Notes under the pieces: generated by a model
What the model was told of the DNA's origin: nothing
The model's input: the letters and a program-made list of their open reading frames with translations, nothing else
Database searches by the model: none
In this document: piece after piece, positions 1 to 9,282 of the stretch
How positions within the stretch are numbered: position 1 is the first letter of the stretch
How the letters are laid out: the number at the start of each line of letters is the position of its first letter
Program-made: the position numbers and the translations under genes
Assembly: GCA_019694795.1 (NCBI GenBank)
Contig: JAIBBF010000003.1
Span: 40,837 to 104,836, forward strand
Source: Flavobacteriales bacterium
Lineage (GTDB): Bacteria; Bacteroidota; Bacteroidia; Flavobacteriales_D; UBA2798
Direction: 5' to 3'
Length of the DNA: 64,000 nucleotides

Positions 1-1410
1 GCCTGGTTGTTTAAGGACAAAAACTGGATAAAGCGGAAAATGAAATGGGAAAACCTGTACGAGGCAAAAGGCAAGGATTTTTATTTTGATATTAATCCGC
101 TTCTTTATCTTGAATATGGACGCGATCTTGCTAATGATAATTCTAAAAAATTTAATAAAAACGGCCGCGGTGTTTTGATTAATGGTCATCTGACTCCTAA
201 GGTTTCCTTTTCAACTTCCTTTATGGAAAACCAGATGTATTTGCCAACCTATCTTCGCAATTACAGTGTTGACATTGGAACCAGTGCATGGAATGGACAT
301 TCATTTTCATTCGAGAATCCGGTAGTCCCCGGACAAGGCCGTGCAAAATTATTTAAAACGGCATCCTACGATTTTGCCTATGCCCAGGGATATGTTTCCT
401 ATTCTCCCGTTAAGAATATCAACCTTCAATTTGGAAACGGAAAGTTGTTTGTTGGAGATGGTTACCGATCAATCTTTTTATCGGATAATGCCTGCAATTA
501 CCCTTATTTTAGATTTACGGGAGATTTTCTAAAAGGGAAATTGAGGTATACTGCAGTATGGGCTTCTCTTACCAATGCCATTCGTTTAAAATATTATAAT
601 ACCATTGAGCCTTTGTATGAAAAGAAGGCAGCAAGTTTTTTCCATGTTTCATATCAACTAAGCAAAAAGTGGAATGTGGGTTTGTTTGAAGGAAATGTGT
701 TTCGCAGAACAAATAATGATCAAACGAGTGCAGATTTTGATCCCTTGTTTTTTAATCCGGTCATCTTTGGAAATACGGTTAGGACCGGTTTTTCCAATTC
801 GGACAGATATGTCCTGGTGGGGGCCAATTTTAAATTTCTGCCGAGAAAGAACATGTATTTCTATGGTCAACTGGCAACGGATGGTCCAACAGATTCCCGT
901 TGGGCCTATCAATTAGGTGGAAAGTGGTTTGATGCCTTTAAAACGAAAAACCTGATGCTTCAGTTCGAAATGAATCATGCTTCGCGGCATTTTTATTCTA
1001 CGGATGGAGGTCGAACGAATTATGGCCATTATAACCAACCACTGGGTTTAACAACCGGAGGCGGTACCTTTGAAAGCATACTACGAGGGTACTACCGAAC
1101 AGATGATTATTTCTATGAAATAAAATTGTCGTACCAGACCTACCGAAATTACGATGATAAGGTGCAGTACGGCAAGGATATTTATCTTCCTTATGGAACG
1201 TATGTAGATCCGGCTGTTTCACCATCCTCCATGGCCCAGTTGTTTTATAAGGATATATCCTTTGGATACATTCTTAATCCCTTATATAACATGCATTTGG
1301 TCATCGGCTGGTTTCACCGTAATCTGAGTCATGTTAACTCCCCGTATAAGACCAGTTATCTGTATATCGGATTCAGGACATCATTGTCGAATTTTTATTA
1401 TGATATTTGA
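1..1410 (+). CDS. Outer-membrane beta-barrel protein, Wzi/RemB-like (5' end cut by window edge)
   Basis: The frame is open from position 1, so the listed TTG at 7 is probably internal. No signal peptide is visible. The shared block GDGYRS.(F/L)LSDN..NYPYF sits about 50 aa closer to the N-terminus than in the paralog at 2477-4048. Gly/aromatic-rich alternating pattern. Family name comes from motif memory only. Confidence 0.6.
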   Translation, partial: AWLFKDKNWIKRKMKWENLYEAKGKDFYFDINPLLYLEYGRDLANDNSKKFNKNGRGVLINGHLTPKVSFSTSFMENQMYLPTYLRNYSVDIGTSAWNGHSFSFENPVVPGQGRAKLFKTASYDFAYAQGYVSYSPVKNINLQFGNGKLFVGDGYRSIFLSDNACNYPYFRFTGDFLKGKLRYTAVWASLTNAIRLKYYNTIEPLYEKKAASFFHVSYQLSKKWNVGLFEGNVFRRTNNDQTSADFDPLFFNPVIFGNTVRTGFSNSDRYVLVGANFKFLPRKNMYFYGQLATDGPTDSRWAYQLGGKWFDAFKTKNLMLQFEMNHASRHFYSTDGGRTNYGHYNQPLGLTTGGGTFESILRGYYRTDDYFYEIKLSYQTYRNYDDKVQYGKDIYLPYGTYVDPAVSPSSMAQLFYKDISFGYILNPLYNMHLVIGWFHRNLSHVNSPYKTSYLYIGFRTSLSNFYYDI

Positions 1411-1413
1411 GGA

Positions 1414-2487
1414 ATGAGTATTTTATTAATATCTCTTGGCTTTTTTACGGCATTGGTGGTGGTGGTCATAGCTACTCCAACGCTGATTAAAGTTGCCAAG
1501 CTTAAACATTTGGTGGACGAACCCGGGGAGGAACGAAAGTTACATTCACGGAGTGTTCCTACTATTGGCGGCGTTATCATTTTCAGTTCTATTTTGTTTT
1601 CCTACTCCTTATGGTTTCCCGATACCGGAGATGATTTACATCGTTACATCAGAGAATATAAATACATCATTGCCTCCCTGGTTATTTTATTTTTCGTTGG
1701 GGTAAAGGATGATATTATCGGAACCGCACCCATAAAAAAATTATTGGCTCACATAGTCGTTGCCTTTATTTTGGTTATGATGGGAGAAACACAAATAAAA
1801 GGAATGCATGGCTTGTTTGGTATTTGGGATATCCCCGAATGGGCGAGGATTTTATTATCGGTATTTGTATACATTGTTATTGTAAATGCATTTAATCTTA
1901 TCGACGGGGTTGACGGTTTAGCTTCAGGGATTGGTTTTATTACTTCTGTTTTTTTCGGAACATGGTTTGCTTTGGTGGGTAATTCCCCAATGGCTTTATT
2001 GTCCTTTATTCTTGCAGGATCGTTATTAGGATTTTTACTTTTTAATTTTTCACCGGCAAAAATTTTCATGGGCGATAGTGGTTCACTTACAATTGGATGC
2101 ATCATTTCGGTGTTAGTAATACACATGATTGAAACACCGGCTTCAAAAATTCCGGATTTTCTGCTTTCTCATTCCGTACCCGTCTTGGCAATGTCTATTT
2201 TGGTTTATCCGCTGATTGACACATTGAGGGTTTTTATTGTTCGCGCTTTAAACGGACAATCGCCTTTTTCTGCCGACAAAAATCATTTGCATCATCGTTT
2301 AATTGCCAGTGGATTTTCTCATGCAAAAACGGTATTAATTCTCTATGCTTACAATATAGTTGTGGTTTTATCCGCATTTGCTTTTGGATTCCTGAACCAC
2401 ACACTGGCTTTCTTTTTGTCATTAGGCACAGCGGTATTATTGGCCTCCTTGTTTTTTGCAATTCCTTCCAAGAAAAATGAAATATAA
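1414..2487 (+). CDS. MraY/WecA-family (GT4) polyprenyl-phosphate sugar-1-phosphate transferase
   Basis: 357 aa polytopic membrane protein. Motifs VKDDIIG, NAFNLIDGVDGLASG and FMGDSGSL are typical of the MraY/WecA/WbpL family. Confidence 0.85.
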   Translation: MSILLISLGFFTALVVVVIATPTLIKVAKLKHLVDEPGEERKLHSRSVPTIGGVIIFSSILFSYSLWFPDTGDDLHRYIREYKYIIASLVILFFVGVKDDIIGTAPIKKLLAHIVVAFILVMMGETQIKGMHGLFGIWDIPEWARILLSVFVYIVIVNAFNLIDGVDGLASGIGFITSVFFGTWFALVGNSPMALLSFILAGSLLGFLLFNFSPAKIFMGDSGSLTIGCIISVLVIHMIETPASKIPDFLLSHSVPVLAMSILVYPLIDTLRVFIVRALNGQSPFSADKNHLHHRLIASGFSHAKTVLILYAYNIVVVLSAFAFGFLNHTLAFFLSLGTAVLLASLFFAIPSKKNEI

Positions 2488-4048
2488 ACTGCTGTTTATT
2501 TTATTTTTTCTTGCTGAGATTTCACTTTTTGCTCAGGAAAATCTTCCTTTATCTCACACCTATAATGCTTATCGTGCAGAATACCTCGATCGGTTAAATG
2601 TAAATTTTCATTCCTCCGTTAAACCCTATTTGTCCTCCGAAATTAATGCGCTGAGGACCCGTTCAGTTTTTTCGGGCGACACCATCGATAATTGGAATTA
2701 TCAATTCGCTGCTGAATTATTTCATAAGGATACTTCAATCAGTGATTGGTCATGGAATGTATCACCTGTTCTCCGCGGAATTTACAGTTTGGATGTTGTA
2801 AATGACACTTCATATTTTGGAAGGGGACTCGGTCTTAGTGCGAGTATTTCCTATCGTGAAAAATTATCTTTTCATGCCGAGGTTGTTACGGACAATTCTC
2901 CCTGGCCCACTTATGTTGATAGCATGATTCACCCCTATGGAATAATACCTGCATATGGAATAGCACATCCAACATCACAAGGATATTCATTTACAATGCC
3001 CGGTGGATATGTGTCATGGTCGCCACACACCATTTTTAATTTTCAGGCGGGTTACGGCAAACATTTTTGGGGCGATGGATATCGCTCATTATTGTTGTCG
3101 GACAACAGTTATAACTACCCCTATTTTAAAGCTACGGCAACTTTCTGGAGAGTGAAATATTCGGTGTTATACACGATGATGAAAGATATAACCGGTACAA
3201 ATGGTGATCCTTCCTTGTTCAGGAATAAATATTCTACTTTGCATTATTTGGATTGGAACATTTCCAAACGCGTTTCATTAGGGATTTTTGAATCGGTGGT
3301 ATGGAGGGCAAAAGACACCTTGTTGAACAGGGGATATGATGTAAATTATCTCAATCCATTTGTGTTTTTTCGTCCTGTAGAATACTCACAAGGTTCTTCT
3401 GATAATGTTTTAATTGGACTTAATCTTAAAGTCAACATTACCGATCATTATTTGATTTATGGTCAGATGATTCTGGATGAATTTTTACTCAAAGAAATAA
3501 AGGCGGATTCCGGTTGGTGGGCTAATAAATACGGATTTCAAATTGGTGCCAAAGCATTTTCTCCATTTGGAATTGAACATTTACAATTGCAGGCAGAGTA
3601 CAATTTCGTTCGTCCGTTTACTTATTCTCATCGTTCATCGATTGAAAGTTATTCTCACTATGGTGCACCATTGGCTCATCCCTTGGGGGCTAATTTTAAA
3701 GAAGGCGTTTTTATAATCCGTTATTTCCTGAAGCGATTTTCGTTCGAGGAAAAGTGTGTTGTTGCCCATTACGGCACCGATCAGTTAGGTTTATCCTATG
3801 GAGGAGACCCATTGAAATCCTACAGCCTGCGTGTTGGCGACTACCATAACTTCATTGGTCAGGGATTGTCTAATGATTTGATTTATAATGAGCTGAAGGT
3901 TTCTTATGTGCTGGATCAAAAATCGGATCTTCGACTATTTACGGCCTACACCTTTCGTTCATTAAATCAGGGAAGCAATAAGGATCAGTTTTCCATGATA
4001 AGTTTCGGACTTAGTGCCTGGTTATTTAACCAGTATACAGATCGCTAA
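2477..4048 (+). CDS. Outer-membrane beta-barrel protein, Wzi/RemB-like (paralog of 1-1410)
   Basis: Start chosen at ATG 2477 (MKYKLLFILFFLAEISLFAQ signal peptide) rather than ORF-track 2456. Shares GDGYRSLLLSDNSYNYPYF and other blocks with the first gene. Ends in an aromatic-rich C-terminus. Confidence 0.65.
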   Translation: MKYKLLFILFFLAEISLFAQENLPLSHTYNAYRAEYLDRLNVNFHSSVKPYLSSEINALRTRSVFSGDTIDNWNYQFAAELFHKDTSISDWSWNVSPVLRGIYSLDVVNDTSYFGRGLGLSASISYREKLSFHAEVVTDNSPWPTYVDSMIHPYGIIPAYGIAHPTSQGYSFTMPGGYVSWSPHTIFNFQAGYGKHFWGDGYRSLLLSDNSYNYPYFKATATFWRVKYSVLYTMMKDITGTNGDPSLFRNKYSTLHYLDWNISKRVSLGIFESVVWRAKDTLLNRGYDVNYLNPFVFFRPVEYSQGSSDNVLIGLNLKVNITDHYLIYGQMILDEFLLKEIKADSGWWANKYGFQIGAKAFSPFGIEHLQLQAEYNFVRPFTYSHRSSIESYSHYGAPLAHPLGANFKEGVFIIRYFLKRFSFEEKCVVAHYGTDQLGLSYGGDPLKSYSLRVGDYHNFIGQGLSNDLIYNELKVSYVLDQKSDLRLFTAYTFRSLNQGSNKDQFSMISFGLSAWLFNQYTDR

Positions 4049-4100
4049 ATAATACTTCTTCTAAATTGCATTATTTCGGCTTCACTTTTTCCATTTATGA

Positions 4101-4108
4101 TACCTTTG
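4101..4108 (+). promoter_or_regulatory. Candidate Bacteroidota -7 promoter box (TACCTTTG)
   Basis: Matches TAnnTTTG and ends 17 nt upstream of the cyoE start. No convincing -33 TTG at the expected spacing. Confidence 0.3.
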
Positions 4109-4124
4109 TGCCGATTTCAGGCTT

Positions 4125-5012
4125 TTGATTGCTCAGGAAACATATAAATCAGAAAAGATAAGTATCGCTTTGCGTTTCAGAGAATATATCATATTAACCA
4201 AATTCCGGTTATCTTTTTTGGTTGTTATTTCTGCCATTACAGGTTACCTGATGGCCGATAAGTTTATTCTGAACGATTTTTTACTCATGATTGTGGGTGG
4301 CTTCATGGTAACGGGTTCTTCTAATGCTTTTAATCAGGTTTTAGAACGTGAGTTTGATAAACTAATGACAAGAACCCAAAATCGTCCGCTGGTAAAAGGC
4401 ACCTTGTCGGTTACGGAAGCCATGATTGTTGCAATTCTATTGGGTGTAGTAGGTTTGTTTTGTCTTTATCAGATTAATCGCCTCTCAGTGATTCTCGGTT
4501 TTTTTGCACTATTCAGTTACGTTGCCATTTATACCCCAATGAAACGTGTTTCTCCATGGGCAGTTTTTGTTGGCGCATTTCCCGGTGCTATTCCCCCAAT
4601 GTTAGGATATGTGGCAGCGGAAGGGAGTTTCGGGTTATTACCCGGATTATTATTTTTCGTGCAATTTATGTGGCAGTTTCCTCATTTCTGGGCTATCGCC
4701 TGGGTGTTGGATGATGATTATAAAAAAGCCGGTTATCATTTGCTTCCTTCCAGGTTTGGACGCAATCCTTTTTCTTCCTTACAAATCATCATTTTTACAT
4801 TGGCAATGATCCTCGCCAGTGCATCACCATGGGTGATGAATTTAACCGGACATTGGGCACTTACTACCTGCATGATTTCCGGATTTATATTTTATCGCTT
4901 TGCTTTAAAATTACATCATACACAAGAAATAAGTGATGCGAGAAAATTAATGTTCGCTTCGTTTTTCTATTTGCCCATCATTCAATTCATTTACGTTTTC
5001 GATAAATTATGA
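4125..5012 (+). CDS. cyoE: Protoheme IX farnesyltransferase (heme O synthase)
   Basis: UbiA-family polytopic protein with NQVLEREFDKLMTRTQNRPL (N..D...D..M.RT..RP) and a second Asp-rich region WVLDDDYKKAG. Sits next to cytochrome oxidase genes. TTG start, so the start is uncertain. Confidence 0.9.
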   Translation: MIAQETYKSEKISIALRFREYIILTKFRLSFLVVISAITGYLMADKFILNDFLLMIVGGFMVTGSSNAFNQVLEREFDKLMTRTQNRPLVKGTLSVTEAMIVAILLGVVGLFCLYQINRLSVILGFFALFSYVAIYTPMKRVSPWAVFVGAFPGAIPPMLGYVAAEGSFGLLPGLLFFVQFMWQFPHFWAIAWVLDDDYKKAGYHLLPSRFGRNPFSSLQIIIFTLAMILASASPWVMNLTGHWALTTCMISGFIFYRFALKLHHTQEISDARKLMFASFFYLPIIQFIYVFDKL

Positions 5013-5761
5013 GTTCAACAGAAAATTTAAGTCCGGAAACCGAGGCCCTCATTACAAAGGCTCGTGCATCCAAAGGCATGCTCTATGTGGCTATTGCCAG
5101 TATCGTGATGCTGTTTTCTGCTTTTTTAAGCGCATACATTGTATCCAAAGGCGGAATATTCTGGGTTAATATTTCACTGCCCTCTTCGTTTTGGATCTCG
5201 ACCGCCCTGATTTTATTAAGTTCCGTTACCGTAAATATGGCACTGAGCGCGATTAAAAAGAATAATCAGAAAGCCAGCAATTATCTATTGTTAGTTACAT
5301 TGTTGTTAGGAGTGTCTTTTGCTGTTTTTCAGTGGTTTGGATGGGGACAAATGATTAAGTCGGGGAACTACTTTGTCAGCAATATCATGGATCCGGAGAA
5401 GCCTGGATTTTTTGTTAAAGGCGAATACGGGAAGGATTTTACGTTGACATTTAAAGGTCAGGAATTGTCCTACAAAGAAGGCCGCTTGTTTTTTCCAGAT
5501 GGAGAAGAATTAAATGCGGTTCAATACGATAATCTGAAACAACAACGCAATACGGCCAGCTCCTACATCTATGTCATTACTGCACTGCATATTTTGCATG
5601 TATTAGGTGGTTTATTTTATCTTATTTCGGTAGTCCTGGCTGCTTTTCGCATGCAATTTAGTTCCGACAATTATTTGAGAATAAGTCTCATTTCCATTTA
5701 TTGGCATTTTTTAGATGCCCTATGGGTGATTTTGTTCTTGTTTTTTCAATTTATTCATTAA
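5009..5761 (+). CDS. Cytochrome c oxidase subunit III family protein (copy 1)
   Basis: 250 aa membrane protein ending in YWHFLDALWVILFLFF, the CoxIII signature WHFVD..W. ATGA overlap with the cyoE stop. Confidence 0.8.
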   Translation: MSSTENLSPETEALITKARASKGMLYVAIASIVMLFSAFLSAYIVSKGGIFWVNISLPSSFWISTALILLSSVTVNMALSAIKKNNQKASNYLLLVTLLLGVSFAVFQWFGWGQMIKSGNYFVSNIMDPEKPGFFVKGEYGKDFTLTFKGQELSYKEGRLFFPDGEELNAVQYDNLKQQRNTASSYIYVITALHILHVLGGLFYLISVVLAAFRMQFSSDNYLRISLISIYWHFLDALWVILFLFFQFIH

Positions 5762-5785
5762 ACTTGCAGCAAACTATTTCAATCT

Positions 5786-6553
5786 ATGTCAGCACACGCT
5801 ACACATCCCGTTGATGCAGCCACTCTTTGGGGCGGCAAGGGATCACCATTCACAGCCAGCTATGGTAAACTGATGATGTGGTTTTTCCTTGTGTCAGATG
5901 CTCTAACATTTGGCGGACTTCTAACAGCTTACGGCTTTGCACGTCATGCCTACACCGGCGAATGGCCATCTGCCGATCACGTGTTTACGCACTTACCGTT
6001 TACACATGTACATGCACCGCTAATTTATGTGGCGTTAATGACCTTTATCCTTATCGTTTCTTCTGTTACCATGGTACTTGCTGTAGAAGCGGGTCATCGT
6101 ATGGATAAAAAAGGGGTAATGAAATGGATGGGATTAACTGTATTGGGTGGAGCTATCTTCCTTGGTTCACAAGCTTGGGAATGGTACACATTCATCGCGG
6201 GTCCCGATGGAAATTTCTGGAATTTTGGTCCAACCGGCGACAATGGTACGCTTTGGTATAATTCATTTGCCACCTTGCGTGATGCCAATGGTGCTGCAGT
6301 CATTGAGCATGGACATGAAATGATTGGTGCAGCTGGTCCGCAACAATATGCCATGTTCTTCTTTTTCATTACCGGATTCCACGGATTCCACGTATTCTCC
6401 GGTGTAATCATCAACTTAATTGTTTTTATCCAGGTTGTTCGCGGTACATATCACAAACGTGGCCATTATGAAATGGTAGAAAAAGCAGGTTTGTACTGGC
6501 ACTTTGTGGACCTTGTTTGGGTATTCGTATTTACCTTCTTCTACTTATTGTAA
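5786..6553 (+). CDS. Cytochrome c oxidase subunit III family protein (copy 2)
   Basis: 255 aa with GFHGFHV and YWHFVDLVWVFVFTFFY motifs. Confidence 0.85.
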   Translation: MSAHATHPVDAATLWGGKGSPFTASYGKLMMWFFLVSDALTFGGLLTAYGFARHAYTGEWPSADHVFTHLPFTHVHAPLIYVALMTFILIVSSVTMVLAVEAGHRMDKKGVMKWMGLTVLGGAIFLGSQAWEWYTFIAGPDGNFWNFGPTGDNGTLWYNSFATLRDANGAAVIEHGHEMIGAAGPQQYAMFFFFITGFHGFHVFSGVIINLIVFIQVVRGTYHKRGHYEMVEKAGLYWHFVDLVWVFVFTFFYLL

Positions 6554-6582
6554 TTCATTGTTAAACCCCAATCATTCCGAAC

Positions 6583-6957
6583 ATGGAAAGAGATGACATC
6601 ATAGAATATTCCCTTCATACACATCACAGTGAAGAAGAAGGAAAAAAAATCAGAGCTAAAATCTGGAAAGTAACTGCGATTTTAACGTTGATTACAACAG
6701 TAGAAATTATTGTTGGTATTTACGCTCCACGTTATTTGGTTACACCAACTGTTTGGTTGCTGATTAAGTTTGGCTATATCGGGTTAACCATTTTAAAAGC
6801 TGCATACATTGTTTTAGTATTTATGCACCTTGGTGATGAGCGCAAAAACCTTCGTTGGGTAATTTTAGCTCCTTACGGATTATTTATTCTTTACCTCATA
6901 TTCATCGTACTTACAGAAGGTACGTATGTAAATGGAGTTTGGAACACTTTGATGTAA
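6583..6957 (+). CDS. Cytochrome c oxidase subunit IV family (prokaryotic COX4-like) protein
   Basis: 124 aa with three TM segments and an FMHLGDE motif. Position directly after the CoxIII genes. Confidence 0.7.
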   Translation: MERDDIIEYSLHTHHSEEEGKKIRAKIWKVTAILTLITTVEIIVGIYAPRYLVTPTVWLLIKFGYIGLTILKAAYIVLVFMHLGDERKNLRWVILAPYGLFILYLIFIVLTEGTYVNGVWNTLM

Positions 6958-6958
6958 A

Positions 6959-7609
6959 ATGAACAACCGACTCGGCAGGAAGATTATATTTTTTATTATC
7001 ATCCTTTTCCTGCCTTTCTCATTGATTTATATTTTTTCTAAAGGCAGTCAGCATTATAAGCGACTGCCTTTTTTAGGTCCTGCCCAATCCGATTCCACCC
7101 CCTTTGTATTTTCAGATTTTAGTTTTAGGACTTCAGACGGAAGAATCATTGATAAAAAAGATCTTCAGGGGAAAATTCTGATTGTAACAGCGCTTAATTC
7201 CACTTGTCCCGGAAATTGCCTACTGGCGGCTAATCCGTTTAAACTTGAGGTGTATAACCTGATTCAGGATAAAGATTTTGCAGATGTCGTTATTTTATCG
7301 GAATTGCTTGATACCAATGAAGTCCCCTTTAATCTGATGCATGAAAAAATGAAGGTGGATCCTGAGCGTTGGACCATTTTTACCACAGCGCACAATCCAT
7401 TTTGGGATGTTGAATTAAATGGCTCCGTTCTCCGCGAAACGCCGGATCCGGATAGTAAAGTAGCAATGTTTTATCCCCGCGCCATTTTGCTCGTTGATAC
7501 TTCATTTCGTCCGAGAGGATTTTATGATGGTGCAGAAACCATCGAAATTAAGCGCTTAATAGATGAACTCCGATTGCTTAAGAAAGAGTATGATCAGAAG
7601 CTTAACTAA
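6959..7609 (+). CDS. SCO-like thioredoxin-fold protein (degenerate copy)
   Basis: N-terminal TM anchor and a CPGNC (CxxxC) motif. Its C-terminal helix (DELRLLKKEYDQ) is alignable to the next gene, but the conserved His before the L-V-D strand is absent (MFYPRAILLVD). Confidence 0.6.
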   Translation: MNNRLGRKIIFFIIILFLPFSLIYIFSKGSQHYKRLPFLGPAQSDSTPFVFSDFSFRTSDGRIIDKKDLQGKILIVTALNSTCPGNCLLAANPFKLEVYNLIQDKDFADVVILSELLDTNEVPFNLMHEKMKVDPERWTIFTTAHNPFWDVELNGSVLRETPDPDSKVAMFYPRAILLVDTSFRPRGFYDGAETIEIKRLIDELRLLKKEYDQKLN

Positions 7610-8222
7610 ATTATTAGTTGTTTTGCTTTTTTTTGCCTGTAGCAGTGCTGAAAAAAATAAAAGCGGACTTCCACACCTTGGTTTTCACGAAGTAGATCCA
7701 AATCACCCGGGTGATACCATTTATCACACTGTGCCTCCATTTGCATTTATGGATCAACATGGCGAAATGATCAGCAATGAAAATGTAAAGGGGAAAATTT
7801 ATCTGGCAAATTTCTTCTTTACGTCGTGCCCAACGATTTGTCCTAAAATGATGTCGCAACTAAAACGAGTGCATAAACTAACCGAAGATTCAGAAATCAT
7901 TATTTTATCCCATTCCATCGACCCTAAACGTGATTCCGTTGAGCGATTAAAAAAATACGCAGATGATAATGGAATAACATCTCCGAATTGGCATTTACTT
8001 ACCGGTGATGGCGAGGAAATTTATACGCTTGGAATGGAAGGTTATAATTTAAGCGCCATGGAAGATTCAACAGCAGATGGCGGTTATCTCCATTCAGAAA
8101 TGGTGGTGCTGGTAGATAAGGAAGGCCATTTGCGAGGAATGTATGAGGGGACCGAAACAAAAGCGATGGACCGTTTGTTGGAAGATTTGAAAAAGCTTGA
8201 AAAGGAATATGAACAACACTGA
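7590..8222 (+). CDS. SCO1/SenC family copper chaperone
   Basis: Start chosen at ATG 7590 (MIRSLTKLLVVLLFFACSS lipoprotein-type signal). Motifs FFFTSCPTICP, SIDPKRD and LHSEMVVLVD match the SCO family. Confidence 0.85.
   Translation: MIRSLTKLLVVLLFFACSSAEKNKSGLPHLGFHEVDPNHPGDTIYHTVPPFAFMDQHGEMISNENVKGKIYLANFFFTSCPTICPKMMSQLKRVHKLTEDSEIIILSHSIDPKRDSVERLKKYADDNGITSPNWHLLTGDGEEIYTLGMEGYNLSAMEDSTADGGYLHSEMVVLVDKEGHLRGMYEGTETKAMDRLLEDLKKLEKEYEQH
7604..7619. repeat. Palindrome AACTAA-atta-TTAGTT (perfect copy)
   Basis: Read directly from the sequence. Contains the TAA stop (7607-7609) of the upstream SCO-like gene and lies inside the start of the next gene. Confidence 0.9.
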
Positions 8223-8751
8223 AGTTACCCCCATCGATTACGAGAAAAAATACAAGGGTTTAATCCTTACGCTTTCCATTGTTATTCCTGTAGCCGTAGC
8301 TGCGCTCTTCCGAATTAAAATAGATGGAATTGACACTTCCATTTTACCTCCTATTTATGCCGGAATTAACGGATTAACAGCTCTTCTTTTAGTAGTGGCC
8401 GTAATGGCAATTAAAAAAGGCAACCGAAAACTGCATGAGCGCCTGATTAAGTTGAGTATTGCTCTGTCGGTATTATTTCTGGTTTTATATGTTTTACGAC
8501 ATATGACGAGTGATCCAACACCGTATGAAGGTTCAGGAGCATTAAAAGTCATTTATTATTTTATTCTAATCACTCACATTGCTTTGTCAGTTGCTATTAT
8601 TCCTCTGGTATTATTTACGTATGTAAAGGCCTGGAGTGGCAAATTTGAGGCACATAAGAAATGGGCCAGGGTTACTTTCCCCATCTGGTTGTATGTGGCC
8701 GTTACTGGTGTTATCGTTTATTTGATGATCAGTCCGTATTATTCTGCCTGA
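8197..8751 (+). CDS. DUF420 family membrane protein (cytochrome oxidase-associated)
   Basis: About 180 aa with four TM helices. Lies directly downstream of SCO, as DUF420 genes usually do. The start could be ATG 8209 instead. Confidence 0.6.
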   Translation: MKRNMNNTEVTPIDYEKKYKGLILTLSIVIPVAVAALFRIKIDGIDTSILPPIYAGINGLTALLLVVAVMAIKKGNRKLHERLIKLSIALSVLFLVLYVLRHMTSDPTPYEGSGALKVIYYFILITHIALSVAIIPLVLFTYVKAWSGKFEAHKKWARVTFPIWLYVAVTGVIVYLMISPYYSA

Positions 8752-8790
8752 AAGTTTTGAATCGGTGGATCTCTGCCGTAGTTTTGTAGT

Positions 8791-9060
8791 ATGAAATTAA
8801 AAACGGCCTTCTTCCTGGCAATTGTTGTAATTTTCGTTCTTGTATCGCTGGACGCAGATGCGCAGTGTGCCATGTGTAAAGCGGTAGCAGAAACCGGTTC
8901 GGATGGTCAGGATCAAGCCAATATCGGAGAGCAATTGAATATTGGGGTACTTCTTCTGATGGCTGTTCCTTATGTTTTTATTTTAATTATTCCATTGATA
9001 TTTTTTAGAAAACAGATAAAGAATTTTATCAGGGAGTTTAGAGGAATTCACAAAGGTTGA
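8791..9060 (+). CDS. Small membrane protein with exported CxxC motif
   Basis: 89 aa. Signal peptide ending DADAQ, followed immediately by CAMCK, then one C-terminal TM helix and a basic tail. Confidence 0.55.
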   Translation: MKLKTAFFLAIVVIFVLVSLDADAQCAMCKAVAETGSDGQDQANIGEQLNIGVLLLMAVPYVFILIIPLIFFRKQIKNFIREFRGIHKG

Positions 9061-9078
9061 GTTCTGAAATTCTTTTAT

Positions 9079-9086
9079 TATTTTTG
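9079..9086 (+). promoter_or_regulatory. Candidate -7 promoter box (TATTTTTG) for the riboswitch-metH transcript
   Basis: Matches TAnnTTTG. A TTG at 9057-9059 lies 19 nt upstream. The box ends 19 nt before the riboswitch P1 helix. Confidence 0.45.
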
Positions 9087-9105
9087 CATTCGTTCTTTGC
9101 GGTAA

Positions 9106-9214
9106 CTTATCCAGAAAGGTGGAGGGACTGAGCCCTGTGAAACCTTGGCAACCCTGATTTGATTTTTTCATTCAGAAGGTGCCAATTCCTGCCCTAATCA
9201 GGGGAGCAGATAAG
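9106..9214 (+). promoter_or_regulatory. SAM-I (S-box) riboswitch
   Basis: P1 arms CTTATC (9106-9111) and GATAAG (9209-9214). The conserved core is GGTGGAGGGACTGAGCCCTGTGAAACCTTGGCAACC ... AGAAGGTGCCAATTCCTGC. Confidence 0.9.
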
Positions 9215-9250
9215 TCGGAAATAGATTCGTTTCATAACTACAGAAATATG

Positions 9251-9282
9251 ATCCTTTCCGGCACCGGAAGGGATTTTTTTTT
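9251..9282 (+). terminator. Intrinsic terminator (riboswitch expression platform)
   Basis: 11-bp stem atcctttccgg/ccggaagggat with one G-U pair and a 2-nt loop, followed by T8. It ends 8 nt before the metH ATG. Confidence 0.8.
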
